From Desulfobacterales bacterium (GTDB lineage: Bacteria; Desulfobacterota; Desulfobacteria; Desulfobacterales; CAFBRK01), in the NCBI GenBank assembly GCA_021737185.1, contig JAIPEL010000003.1:31763-95762 (forward strand): a stretch of 64,000 nucleotides of DNA, written 5' to 3'. The position numbers and the translations under genes were made by a program. A model generated the notes under the pieces. It saw only the letters and a list, made by a program, of their open reading frames with translations, had not been told where the DNA came from and ran no database searches. Positions 18,367-27,999 of the stretch are shown here, in pieces (position 1 is the stretch's first letter; every line of letters starts with the position of its first letter).

Positions 18367-19056
18367 TCAAGCTGAACCCAACGAGAGCTCGGCATCGGAT
18401 TTTCGGATGTACAGCGGGACGAGATCGTTGCCGGCCTCGTCTGTAAGGAGTGCCATGCGCTGCAAGCCGATTCGGGCGACAGTGGCGGCCCGGATCTGGT
18501 GATCCGCCTCCGGTGCAAAGCGAGCCAGAGGCCCGAGCCGCTCCTGGATCCGCTGCCGGTACAACAGCGCCCCGTCTCCGATCAGCACGCAGGGCTCTTT
18601 GATGAGTGCCGCCACCTGATCCGGGCCGGCAACAAAGGGCTCTTGGACCTGCCGGATCGCTCCCTGCCCATCGGACCGATAGATGCCGCAGTAGACTTCC
18701 TGTTTTCGGGCATCGACCAGACAGCAGCGCAGTCCCGCCGATTCCGGAGTCTGCAGCGCCAGGGCGTCGAGGCTGGAAACCCCCACCAGAGGGATACCCA
18801 GTGCCGCAGAGAGCCCCTTTGCCGTAGCCATCCCGATGCGAATTCCCGTGAAGCTTCCCGGGCCCCGGGTGACGGCAAGCGCGTCGACATTGGAAAGCGC
18901 CGCTTGGCACTTTCCCAAAAGGTCGTCGACCATGGTCATCAGATGCCGCGAATGGGTTTCACCGCCATGCCGCCGAAGCTCCCCCATCACCCGCTCGTCT
19001 TGGACCAGGGCCACGCTGCAGCTGGGGGTCGCGGTATCGAGTGCGAGCAGAATCAC
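18367..19056 (-). CDS. tsaB: tRNA t6A biosynthesis protein TsaB
   Basis: 229 aa, MILLALDTATPSCSVALV..., GPGSFTGIRIG. Its start overlaps the lon stop by 4 nt. Confidence 0.9.
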   Translation of the reverse strand: MILLALDTATPSCSVALVQDERVMGELRRHGGETHSRHLMTMVDDLLGKCQAALSNVDALAVTRGPGSFTGIRIGMATAKGLSAALGIPLVGVSSLDALALQTPESAGLRCCLVDARKQEVYCGIYRSDGQGAIRQVQEPFVAGPDQVAALIKEPCVLIGDGALLYRQRIQERLGPLARFAPEADHQIRAATVARIGLQRMALLTDEAGNDLVPLYIRKSDAELSLGSA

Positions 19057-21467
19057 TTTCCGGTCTTCTTGCGCCGCTTCGATTTTCGCGGTGGAAACGA
19101 CTCCAACGCCGCGGGGAGCACTTCATCCATGTGCCGAACCGGCACGAAACGAATCTTCCGGCGGACGTTTTTCGGAAGCTCCACAAGCTCTTTTCGGTTT
19201 TTATCCGGCAACAGGATGGTTCGGATTCCGGCCCGAAGCGCCCCGAGGGACTTTTCCTTCAAACCACCGATGGGAAGGACCCGCCCTCTCAAGGAGATCT
19301 CCCCGGTCATGGCCACATCCGTGCAGACCGGCGTCCGGCAAACCACAGACGCCAGAGCCGTGGCCATGGCAACCCCCGCCGACGGGCCGTCCTTGGGAAT
19401 GGCCCCGGCCGGCACGTGGATGTGCACGTCCAGGTTTTCAAAAAAATTCTCTTTGGCGCCGAACAGGGAAAGATTGCCCCTTACATAGCTCAGGGCGGCA
19501 CGGGCCGATTCCTGCATGATTTCCCCGAGCTGGCCGGTAATGATCAGTTCTCCCTTGCCGCTGATCAGAGAAGCCTCCACATAAAGAACCTCCCCACCGG
19601 CCTGGGTCCAGGCCAGCCCCGTGGCCAAGCCGATCTGGCTTTCTTCCTTATCCATCTCCGGCTGATATTTGGCGATCCCCAGGTAGGTGTGAAGATTTGC
19701 CCGGGTCACCTGAAACGGTCCTTTTTTCTTTTCGGCCACCTTCCGGGCGATTTTCCGGCAGATGCTGCCGATCTCCCGCTCCAGGTTCCGCACCCCAGCC
19801 TCTGCGGTGTACTCGGTGATGATCTGCGCCAGGGCGCCGTCGCTGATCCGGACCTGCCCGCTTTTCAGGCCGTTTTCCTTCATCTGGCGGGGGATCAGGT
19901 GCCGCCGGGCGATGTGGCTTTTTTCCTCTTCAGTGTACCCCGCCAGGGAAATCACCTCCATGCGGTCCAGCAGCGCCGAGGGGATGGTGTCGGTATAGTT
20001 TGCCGTCAGGATGAACATCACGTTGGACAGGTCAAACGGCAGATTCAGATAATGGTCGCTGAAGGCGGCGTTTTGTTCGGGATCCAGGGCCTCCAACAAG
20101 GCAGAAGACGGATCGCCCCTGAAATCTGCCCCGAGCTTGTCGATCTCATCCATCATGAACACCGGGTTGTTAACGCCGCACTGTTTCAACCCTTGGAGAA
20201 TCCGCCCAGGCATGGCGCCGATGTAGGTGCGCCGATGCCCCCGAATCTCGGCTTCGTCCCGAATCCCCCCCAACGAAATCCGGATAAACCGACGCCGGAT
20301 CGCTTTGGCGATCGCCTGCCCCAGGGAGGTTTTGCCCACTCCCGGCGGACCGACAAAGCAAAGAATCGGTCCTTTCATGTTCGGGTTGAGCTTTCGAACG
20401 CTGAGGTACTCCAGAATCCGGTCCTTGATCTTTTCCAGACCGTAATGGTCTTTGTCCAGCACCTTCTTGGCCGCCGGGATGTCGATCATTTCCCGGCTGG
20501 ATTTGCTCCATGGCATCTCCACGATCCAGTCGAGGTAGTTGCGAACCACCGACGCCTCAGCTGAATCCGGATGCATCTGCTCCATGCGCCGGAGCTGTTT
20601 TTCGGCTTCCTCCCTGGCCGGCCCGGGAATTCGTGCCTTCTTGATCCGCTTGCGGTAGTCTTCGATCTCCTGGGTCTTTTCGTCCTGCTCGCCCAGCTCC
20701 CGATGAATCGCCCGAACCTGCTCCCGGAGAAAGTAGTCTCGCTGACTTTTGGAAATCTCATCCTTGACGTCGGACTGGATTTTGGCCTGCATGGCCGAAA
20801 GCTCCAGCTCCCGGTGGAGAAAATCGTTGACCCGCCTTAGCCTCTCCACGGGATTGTCCAGTTCCAAAAGCTCCTGGGCCTCCTCGATCTTTAGCTTCAG
20901 ATTGGAGGCCACCAGGTCTGCGAGCTTTCCCGGCTCTTCGATGTTGTCCAGGATGTTGCTGACGTCGCTGGAATACTCCCCCCTCAGGGAGAGAATTTTT
21001 TCAGACTGCTCGCGGACGTTTCGCATCAGCGCTTCGACTTCGATGTCGAGCGGCTCGTTCTCCGGCTCGGGGACGAGTTCGATCCGCACCCGGTAAAATG
21101 ATTTTTTCCGCACGTAGCGGGAGATTCTGGCTTTGGAGATCCCCTGTACCAGGGCTTTGACCCGGCCGTCGGGAAGCTTGAGCATCCGAAGGATTCGTCC
21201 CACCGTGCCGACCGCATAAATCTCTTCCGGAGACGGGTTTTCGACCACCGGGTCGCGCTGGGTCGCCAGCAAAATGAACCGGTCCTGGGTCAACGATTCT
21301 TCGACGGCCAGAATCGACCGTTTCCTGCCGACAAACAGCGGCAGGAGCATATCGGTAAAAATCACCACGTCGCGCACCGGAAGCAAAGGAAGAATCCGCG
21401 GGATTTCGCCCTCTCCTTCCTCGTCGTCGATGAGGCTGATCAGATCGTCCTTGTCGGTTTCCGCCAT
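19053..21467 (-). CDS. lon: ATP-dependent Lon protease
   Basis: 804 aa with a LON N-domain, AAA+ Walker A GPPGVGKTS and a protease domain (PKDGPSAGVAM). Confidence 0.97.
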   Translation of the reverse strand: MAETDKDDLISLIDDEEGEGEIPRILPLLPVRDVVIFTDMLLPLFVGRKRSILAVEESLTQDRFILLATQRDPVVENPSPEEIYAVGTVGRILRMLKLPDGRVKALVQGISKARISRYVRKKSFYRVRIELVPEPENEPLDIEVEALMRNVREQSEKILSLRGEYSSDVSNILDNIEEPGKLADLVASNLKLKIEEAQELLELDNPVERLRRVNDFLHRELELSAMQAKIQSDVKDEISKSQRDYFLREQVRAIHRELGEQDEKTQEIEDYRKRIKKARIPGPAREEAEKQLRRMEQMHPDSAEASVVRNYLDWIVEMPWSKSSREMIDIPAAKKVLDKDHYGLEKIKDRILEYLSVRKLNPNMKGPILCFVGPPGVGKTSLGQAIAKAIRRRFIRISLGGIRDEAEIRGHRRTYIGAMPGRILQGLKQCGVNNPVFMMDEIDKLGADFRGDPSSALLEALDPEQNAAFSDHYLNLPFDLSNVMFILTANYTDTIPSALLDRMEVISLAGYTEEEKSHIARRHLIPRQMKENGLKSGQVRISDGALAQIITEYTAEAGVRNLEREIGSICRKIARKVAEKKKGPFQVTRANLHTYLGIAKYQPEMDKEESQIGLATGLAWTQAGGEVLYVEASLISGKGELIITGQLGEIMQESARAALSYVRGNLSLFGAKENFFENLDVHIHVPAGAIPKDGPSAGVAMATALASVVCRTPVCTDVAMTGEISLRGRVLPIGGLKEKSLGALRAGIRTILLPDKNRKELVELPKNVRRKIRFVPVRHMDEVLPAALESFPPRKSKRRKKTGK

Positions 21468-21619
21468 AGCAGGTCCTTGCTTTCCTCCTGGTTGGATTTG
21501 AAGCCCTTTGTCGATCGGCTTCGTTTACGGTACTGATAATATAAAAACAGAAGCGATCATTACAACATCCGTATTGATTTTTCTATACCTTGCCGGTATG
21601 AATTGTTCCTCAAGTCAGA

Positions 21620-21693
21620 ACTCAACTTTCGGGTTTCGTCTCCAGTGGAGCAAATTATCCATTTCGCGGCATCATGAATCCCGAAAGTTGAGT
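21620..21693. mobile_element. MITE-like element, short copy
   Basis: It has 14-bp terminal inverted repeats, ACTCAACTTTCGGG and CCCGAAAGTTGAGT, and is flanked by CAGA on both sides. Its ends match the long copy at 34640-34889 in the opposite orientation. Confidence 0.6.
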
Positions 21694-21759
21694 CAGAAGC
21701 CTTGCACTGCGGCTGCCTCGGTGGGCCTCTTTATCCGAACCCATGCTGGACTGTGATCC

Positions 21760-22524
21760 ATGCTCCTTTTGCTCTACGTGTTCATCCTCGGCCTCTGCAT
21801 TGGAAGCTTCATGAACGTCTGCATCTACCGGCTTCCGGCAGGTCGGTCCATCGTCCGGCCGGCATCGGCATGCCCGGCATGCGAAACCCCCATTCGCGCC
21901 TACGACAACATTCCGCTCCTGAGCTATTTATGGCTCAGGGGAAAATGCCGCCGCTGCGGCGCCCGCATCTCGGTGCGGTATCCGCTGATCGAACTTCTGG
22001 CGGGGCTCACCGCACTTGCCGCCTATTTCAAATTCGGCCTCAGCTTCCAAGCCGGGGCGTCTTTTTTGTTTGCCGCCACCCTGGAGGTGATCGCCTTCAT
22101 CGACATCGATCATCGCATCATACCGGATCGCATCACCCTGGCCGGAATTCCGCTGTTTTTTTTGGCAGCGCTGTTCATTCCCTCCGTCGGCCTTTTCAAC
22201 GCAGCGCTGGGGATTTTGGCCGGCGGCGGCTCCCTGCTGCTGATCGCCTGGGGCTATTCGGCCCTGACCGGTAAAGAAGGCATGGGCGGCGGCGACATCA
22301 AACTTCTGGCGATGATCGGTGCGTTTGTCGGATGGCAGGGGGTTTTGTTCACGGTATTCGTCTCCTCGGCCGTGGGGACCGCAGTCGGCCTTGCCATGAT
22401 GCTCCGTGCGAAAAAAGGGATGAAAATGGCCCTTCCTTTCGGCCCCTTTTTGGCTGTCGGGGCCATCACCTACCTATTTTTCGGCCCGGAGCTGATCGTG
22501 CTCTACCTGCGTCAGTTTGGGTGA
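21760..22524 (+). CDS. pilD: Prepilin peptidase (A24 family, type IV)
   Basis: 254 aa with an N-terminal Cys cluster (CPACETPI...CRRCG) and multiple TM segments; GGGDIKLLAM contains a catalytic Asp motif. Confidence 0.9.
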   Translation: MLLLLYVFILGLCIGSFMNVCIYRLPAGRSIVRPASACPACETPIRAYDNIPLLSYLWLRGKCRRCGARISVRYPLIELLAGLTALAAYFKFGLSFQAGASFLFAATLEVIAFIDIDHRIIPDRITLAGIPLFFLAALFIPSVGLFNAALGILAGGGSLLLIAWGYSALTGKEGMGGGDIKLLAMIGAFVGWQGVLFTVFVSSAVGTAVGLAMMLRAKKGMKMALPFGPFLAVGAITYLFFGPELIVLYLRQFG

Positions 22525-22589
22525 TGAGAAGCCGTCTCAAAAATGAAGAGGAGGTGTAGAGCAGTTTTGAGGCAGGTTGGAGTAACACC

Positions 22590-24341
22590 ATGAAACCTCC
22601 AGAGGGCGGCATGCGAAACCTGAACTCGCCTGTGATCGCCGCGCTGATTTTTCTGCTGATGGCCGCAGCGGCCGCAAAAGCGGAAAATTATCTTCTCACC
22701 GGTGAGCAGTATTCGCAAATCCGATACCGCTCGACCCACCGGATCCGGCCGTCCGACGATGTCCGGTCCATCACCCTGACCTATGTCATCCCGCATTCTT
22801 TTCATTCGACCACGGTTCGCCAGGACGTGGGCCCTCCCACCGTCGACTGCCAGCCGCAGCCCGCACAAACTTCCGAAAAAACCGACGCCCACGGCAATCG
22901 AATCCTGGAGCTGACCTGGCCCAGTGAAGGCGGGCCGGTGTCCGCCCAGTTGAGCTTCGACCTGGAAACGTCGGTTTCCATGAACGATCTGCGCACCGAC
23001 GCACCGTTTCCGGTCGGCGACCTTCCGTCCGAAGTCGGGCGCTATCTGGCATCCACGGCGCAGGTTCCCGCCCAAGATCCCCGGATCGTTGCGCTCTCCC
23101 GCGAGCTGACCGGAGAATCCAGCACCCAATTCGACGCCGTCCAGAAGATTCTCACCTGGATGGTCGATCACCTGCGCTACGTCCTCACGCCCGAGGCCCC
23201 CGATGCGCTGTACGCTCTTGAAAACGGCCGGGGCAACTGCCAGAACTACTCGCACCTGGCCGCCTCCCTGCTGCGGGCGTCGGGCATTGCAACCCGGATC
23301 GTCAACGGATTCACACTGAAAAAGCCCTACGATATCCATCTCGGCGGCGCGACCCTGACCATGAAGATGGCACAGGGCCGCCACAGCTGGATCGAAGTCT
23401 ACTTTCCCGACCTGGGCTGGGTCCCCTTCGATCCCCAGGGGTCGGAACTGTTCGTCAGCAATCGATTTATCCGGGTCGAAATCGGCATGGACAACGCAGA
23501 GACGATTCAAGATGGGCTCCTGCGCTGGACCCGGGTCAAAGGGTCCTCGGGCCGGCCTGAGTTCGCCGAAGAAATCGACGCCCGCTTCGATCAGGACCGG
23601 GTGGAAGTGTCAGCGGTCAAAGCGGATTACGGCCCCCGGGAAATTCTTCTCTGCCCCCAGCTGGAGGCCGCCTTTACGCAAATCAAGCGCCCTGAGCCTC
23701 CCCCGCCGCCGGAAGAGATTCCTCCGGCGCGACTGCAGGACCTTTCCTATCGGGTGGCGCACGCTTTCGGCAATCTCGAATTTCCCCGGGGGGTCGATTT
23801 TCTTTCCGGTTTTCAGCCGCCGGAAGATGCGCAAAAACAGGAAATCCGCCGCAATTTCCTGGTGGAAACCGCCGAATACGTCACCACCAAAGGCCAGCAG
23901 TACGCCCAGACCTTTTTGCTGGAGCGCCCCATGCTGCTGGAAAGCGTTTCTTTGGCCCTTCATTGCTTCAACCAGGACGGTCAGCTCTGGGTCGAACTTT
24001 TCAAGGACGGCGGGGGCGCTCCTGCCGAAGTGATTGCAACCAGCGACATCCGTCCTCTTTCCCAGATTCCGTTTACCCCCGGCTACGACTGGGTAGAATT
24101 CGATTTTTCCCGTTCGCCGGTGGTTCTTTCTCCGGGGCGCTACTGGATCGCTTTGGGATTCACCGGCGCCCCCATTGCCAATTGGTTTTTCTCCTATGGA
24201 AAACCGGTCGGCCCCGAAGACGGCACCCGATATCGAACCATGTTCGACGAGGACTGGAGCCGTTCCCTTTCCTATGAATTCAACTACCGGGTCTCGGGCC
24301 GAATTCCGGCCGGTGAGGCGCCGGCAGGAGCGCGCCCGTGA
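22590..24341 (+). CDS. Secreted or anchored transglutaminase-like (papain-fold) domain protein
   Basis: It has a signal/anchor peptide (VIAALIFLLMAAAAAKA) and a transglutaminase-core Cys/His/Asp context (GRGNCQNYSHL, GRHSWIEVY, PFDPQ). There is a long C-terminal beta-rich region. Confidence 0.8.
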   Translation: MKPPEGGMRNLNSPVIAALIFLLMAAAAAKAENYLLTGEQYSQIRYRSTHRIRPSDDVRSITLTYVIPHSFHSTTVRQDVGPPTVDCQPQPAQTSEKTDAHGNRILELTWPSEGGPVSAQLSFDLETSVSMNDLRTDAPFPVGDLPSEVGRYLASTAQVPAQDPRIVALSRELTGESSTQFDAVQKILTWMVDHLRYVLTPEAPDALYALENGRGNCQNYSHLAASLLRASGIATRIVNGFTLKKPYDIHLGGATLTMKMAQGRHSWIEVYFPDLGWVPFDPQGSELFVSNRFIRVEIGMDNAETIQDGLLRWTRVKGSSGRPEFAEEIDARFDQDRVEVSAVKADYGPREILLCPQLEAAFTQIKRPEPPPPPEEIPPARLQDLSYRVAHAFGNLEFPRGVDFLSGFQPPEDAQKQEIRRNFLVETAEYVTTKGQQYAQTFLLERPMLLESVSLALHCFNQDGQLWVELFKDGGGAPAEVIATSDIRPLSQIPFTPGYDWVEFDFSRSPVVLSPGRYWIALGFTGAPIANWFFSYGKPVGPEDGTRYRTMFDEDWSRSLSYEFNYRVSGRIPAGEAPAGARP

Positions 24342-25063
24342 AAATCGCCGTCGTTTCCGATATCCACGGCAACCTGGATGCCTTCGAATCGGTTCTCCGG
24401 GACATCGACAATGTCGGGATCGACCGCATCTACTGCCTGGGAGACAACATCGGCTACGGCCCCGAACCGGTGGGCGCGATTGAAGCCCTCCAGCGAAGAA
24501 AAATCGCCTCGGTCATCGGAAACCACGAACTGGCCCTCACCCACCGACGGTACCTTTCCTTGTTCAATCCAACGGCCCGGGAGTCCCTGCTCAAAACCGC
24601 CGAAATGATGGACGATGCCAGCCTGCACTACGCGGCCGGACTTCCCGCGTCCATGGTAAAGGCCGGCGCCCGGTTCGTCCATGGGTTCCCCCCCGACTCA
24701 CCGCTGATCTATCTTTTCCAGGTATCGGAAAAGCAGATGAAGAAAAGCCTCGAAACCCTCGAAGAATCCATCTGCTTTGTCGGCCACACCCACGATCTGG
24801 ATATTGTCTCGTTTGACGGAATTCGCATCCAATGGGACCGGCTGACGCAAGGCCCCCGGCGGCTTTCGCCCGATTTGCGCTACATCGTGAATGTCGGCAG
24901 CGTCGGTCAGCCGCGGGACGGAGACAACCGGGCCAAATACGCCCTCTGGGACACCGAAAATCATAGTCTGGAGATCCGCTTCGTCGAATACGATATCGCC
25001 TCGGTGGTGAGAAAAATACTGAAGGCAGGTCTTCCCCGGGCCCACGCGCGGAGGCTCAGGTAG
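24338..25063 (+). CDS. PPP-like metallophosphoesterase
   Basis: 241 aa with motifs VVSDIHGN, LGDNIGYGPEP and GNHE. The GTG start overlaps the upstream TGA (GTGA). Confidence 0.8.
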   Translation: MKIAVVSDIHGNLDAFESVLRDIDNVGIDRIYCLGDNIGYGPEPVGAIEALQRRKIASVIGNHELALTHRRYLSLFNPTARESLLKTAEMMDDASLHYAAGLPASMVKAGARFVHGFPPDSPLIYLFQVSEKQMKKSLETLEESICFVGHTHDLDIVSFDGIRIQWDRLTQGPRRLSPDLRYIVNVGSVGQPRDGDNRAKYALWDTENHSLEIRFVEYDIASVVRKILKAGLPRAHARRLR

Positions 25064-25074
25064 AGAATCGGCTC

Positions 25075-26415
25075 ATGAGGCGAATCGGAAAATACGAAGT
25101 GCGGGGGTTTTTAGGGCGCGGCCAGATGGCGCGGGTCTATAAAGTGGCCGAACCGGTGATCGGAAAAATCGGCGCTTTAAAGCGTTTGGAGCCCCACCCC
25201 TCGCTTGCCGCTCTCATGGGCGAGGCCCGCCTGCAGGATCTGTTCGTCCAGGAGGCGCGGACCATGGCCGGCCTTCGGCATCCGAATTTGGTCTCGATTC
25301 TCGACTTCGACACCGCCGGAGGCGCCCCGTTTTATGTCATGGAGTTTCACGCGGTCAACCTCGGCGACCTCATCGGCGAGGCCTACCGGCCGGACCGACC
25401 CTCCCGCATTCTTCGCCTTGACCGCGCGGTGCAATACGCCTTCCAGACCTTGGACGGCCTGGCCAGGCTTCATTTCGACAACGTGATCCACCGGGACATC
25501 AAACCCTTCAATCTGCTGCTCACCGCCGGCGGCCGGGTCCGTATCGGAGATTTCGGCCTGTCCACGCTTCGCGGCGAACGCTTCGACGCCCCCGGCAATC
25601 TGAAAGTCGGCTCGCCCTTCTACGCCGCCCCGGAGCAGGAAACCGCCCCGGATGCCGTCGGGCCGGAAGCCGACCTGTTTTCAGTGGGCGTGATGCTCCG
25701 GCGCATGTTGACCGGAAAGCTCTCGTCGTCCGGCGCCGATCCGCCGAGCCAGTCCAACCCGGACCTGAATCCGGCGTGGGATGCCTTTTTTGAAAAAGCC
25801 GCGGCACAAGGCCCGGTCGACCGGTTCAGCAGCGCCGGACAGATGAAAACTGCCTTGGAGGCCCTCTATGAAGACTGGAAAATCCGCCAGGAGAGAATCT
25901 GCAAACTGCCGGAGCCAAAGCCCGCCCACGCCGTTTCGCAGAACCGCCTACGCTGCCGGCGGATTGCGGTCAAGGTCAGGCCTTCGGCTGCGAGAACTTT
26001 TTTTTCCCTGGACCCGTTATGGCGGCCCCGCCGGTTTCGAGCCAACCGGCTTCGGTCTGCGGCAGACGGGGCCATTTTCGACGAGGCCACCGGCCTTTTA
26101 TGGGAGCAGGCCGGCAGCCCCTATCCAGTGACATGGAAGGGGGCAAAGCGCCACGTTGCCGAACTGAACCGGCGAAAACCGCCAGGCAAAGCGCCGTGGC
26201 GCCTGCCGACCGTCGACGAGTTGACCACCCTGCTTTCGACGACGCCGCACGGGGCAGACTTTTGCCTCGATCCGGTGTTCGATTCGACCCAGCGCTGGCT
26301 CTGGAGCTGCGACCGGTGCAGCTTCATCTCGGCCTGGTACGTGGATGCCGAGCTTGGCTTCGTCCACCGCCAGGATTTCGACGCCCCCTTCTATGCGCGG
26401 GGGGTGCGGGGATGA
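25075..26415 (+). CDS. Hanks-type Ser/Thr protein kinase fused to a DUF1566-like C-terminal domain
   Basis: The kinase motifs are intact (GALKRL Lys, HRDIKPFNLLL, GDFGLS, YAAPEQ). The C-terminus (TGLLWEQ...WRLPTVDELTTLL) matches my memory of the DUF1566/Lcl-C pattern. No TM segment is visible. Confidence 0.8.
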   Translation: MRRIGKYEVRGFLGRGQMARVYKVAEPVIGKIGALKRLEPHPSLAALMGEARLQDLFVQEARTMAGLRHPNLVSILDFDTAGGAPFYVMEFHAVNLGDLIGEAYRPDRPSRILRLDRAVQYAFQTLDGLARLHFDNVIHRDIKPFNLLLTAGGRVRIGDFGLSTLRGERFDAPGNLKVGSPFYAAPEQETAPDAVGPEADLFSVGVMLRRMLTGKLSSSGADPPSQSNPDLNPAWDAFFEKAAAQGPVDRFSSAGQMKTALEALYEDWKIRQERICKLPEPKPAHAVSQNRLRCRRIAVKVRPSAARTFFSLDPLWRPRRFRANRLRSAADGAIFDEATGLLWEQAGSPYPVTWKGAKRHVAELNRRKPPGKAPWRLPTVDELTTLLSTTPHGADFCLDPVFDSTQRWLWSCDRCSFISAWYVDAELGFVHRQDFDAPFYARGVRG

Positions 26416-26417
26416 AG

Positions 26418-26541
26418 GGTTGACTGGTTCATTGGTCGACTCGTTGAATGGTTGATGGAGGGCGCCTATGATGGGCAGCGCGCAGGAGCAAAGATGGGTT
26501 TTCTCCCCATTTGACCAATCAACGAATTGACCAATCAACCC
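26418..26541. repeat. Inverted GGTTGANTGG-type arms filling the kinase/proA convergent gap
   Basis: Left arm 26418-26457 starts 3 nt after the kinase TGA. Right arm 26508-26541 ends 3 nt before the proA stop. The arms are imperfectly complementary and use the same unit type as 4680-4833 and 43565-43862. Confidence 0.75.
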
Positions 26542-26543
26542 GC

Positions 26544-27839
26544 TCACAGCGGACAGTCTTCATCCAGATCCCGGTGGGTGAACCGCCGGCGGCCTTTGTC
26601 GTAATCTTCCACCACATTTCCCCCGCCGATCAATTTGTACTTGTAAATCATCAGCCCTTCGAGTCCGACCGGGCCCCGGGCGTGAATCTTGTTGGTGCTG
26701 ATCCCCACTTCCGCCCCCAGGCCGTAGCGGTACCCGTCGGAGAACCGGGTCGAGCAGTTCCAAAAGACGTTGCCCGAATCGACCTCGTCCAGAAAACGGC
26801 GGGCGGTTTCCCGGTTTGCCGTGACAATGGCGTCGGTGTGACCCGATCCCCACGTGTTGATGTGATCGACGGCCTCATTTGCGTCGGCCACGACTTTGAC
26901 CGACATTTTCAAATCGAGGTACTCGGTCTGCCACTGGGCATCGCCCGCCGGCTCGGCGTCGATCAACGCCCGGGTCTTTTCGCAGCCGAACAGAACCACG
27001 CCGCGATCGGCAAGGGCCTCTTTGAGCTGCGGCAGGATCGCAGGGGCGATTTTTTCATGAACCAGCAGGGTCTCTGCCGCATTGCAGACGGCCACGTACT
27101 GGGTCTTGGCGTCGACGACGATGCCAAGCGCCATCTGCGGATCCGCCTCTGCATCCACATAGCAATGGCAGATGCCGTCGGCATGGCCAAGCACGGGAAT
27201 CCGGGAGTGGTCCATGATATACCGGACAAACTCGTTGGATCCCCGGGGAATGATCAGATCCACCCATTGATCCAGACCCAAAAGATCCTCCACGTGGGAA
27301 CGGGTCTCGAGCAGGTGCATCCATCCATCACAGACCCCCGTCTGCCGGGCGGCCCCGTCGATGATCCGCGCAAGCACGCGGTTGGTCTCCCGGGCCTCGC
27401 TGCCGCCTTTGAGCAAAACCGCGTTTCCGCTCTTCAAGCAGAGGCCTGAAATCTGAACCAGGGCATCCGGGCGGGATTCGAAAATCACCCCGATCACCCC
27501 GATCGGGCAGCTGACCTTGTAGAGCGTCAGGCCCTCATCGAGCTCCCGGGCCTCCAGCGTCCGGCCGACCGGATCGGGCAGGTCCGCCAGGCTCTGCAGG
27601 CCTTTAACGGCCTCGGCGATTTTCTGTTCATCGAACCGGAGCCGCTTGATAAGGGGATCGGCCAGCTTCTCGTGCCGGCTTCGCTCCAGATCGCTCTTGT
27701 TGGCCCGGACAATTTCCCCGCTCCGGTCTTTGAGCGCGCGTGCGATTTCCTCAAGGGCCCGGTTTCTTTCCGCAGCGGGAGTCGCGGCCAGCCGAATCGA
27801 AGCTTTTTTGGCCTCCCGGGCCGCATCGTTGATGTTCAT
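26544..27839 (-). CDS. proA: Gamma-glutamyl phosphate reductase
   Basis: 431 aa. The aldehyde dehydrogenase-type ProA pattern holds throughout (VIGVIFESRPDA, CNAAETLLVH). Confidence 0.95.
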   Translation of the reverse strand: MNINDAAREAKKASIRLAATPAAERNRALEEIARALKDRSGEIVRANKSDLERSRHEKLADPLIKRLRFDEQKIAEAVKGLQSLADLPDPVGRTLEARELDEGLTLYKVSCPIGVIGVIFESRPDALVQISGLCLKSGNAVLLKGGSEARETNRVLARIIDGAARQTGVCDGWMHLLETRSHVEDLLGLDQWVDLIIPRGSNEFVRYIMDHSRIPVLGHADGICHCYVDAEADPQMALGIVVDAKTQYVAVCNAAETLLVHEKIAPAILPQLKEALADRGVVLFGCEKTRALIDAEPAGDAQWQTEYLDLKMSVKVVADANEAVDHINTWGSGHTDAIVTANRETARRFLDEVDSGNVFWNCSTRFSDGYRYGLGAEVGISTNKIHARGPVGLEGLMIYKYKLIGGGNVVEDYDKGRRRFTHRDLDEDCPL

Positions 27840-27970
27840 GTCACACTCTCCTTCCTTTTCATCGGAAACATACTCACGGGCATCTCAGCCACCCGCCGCC
27901 GGCACTGGAGCAGCGGAGGCGGATGAACGATATGGAAACGGTGATTCTTTCTTTCGCGGAACGCGTTTTT

Positions 27971-27999
27971 GTAATCAAATCGCGAAGCGATTTGATTAC
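27971..27999. repeat. Perfect 13-bp palindrome containing the ilvA stop codon
   Basis: GTAATCAAATCGC-gaa-GCGATTTGATTAC. The ilvA TAA (27996-27998, minus strand) is inside the right arm. Confidence 0.8.
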
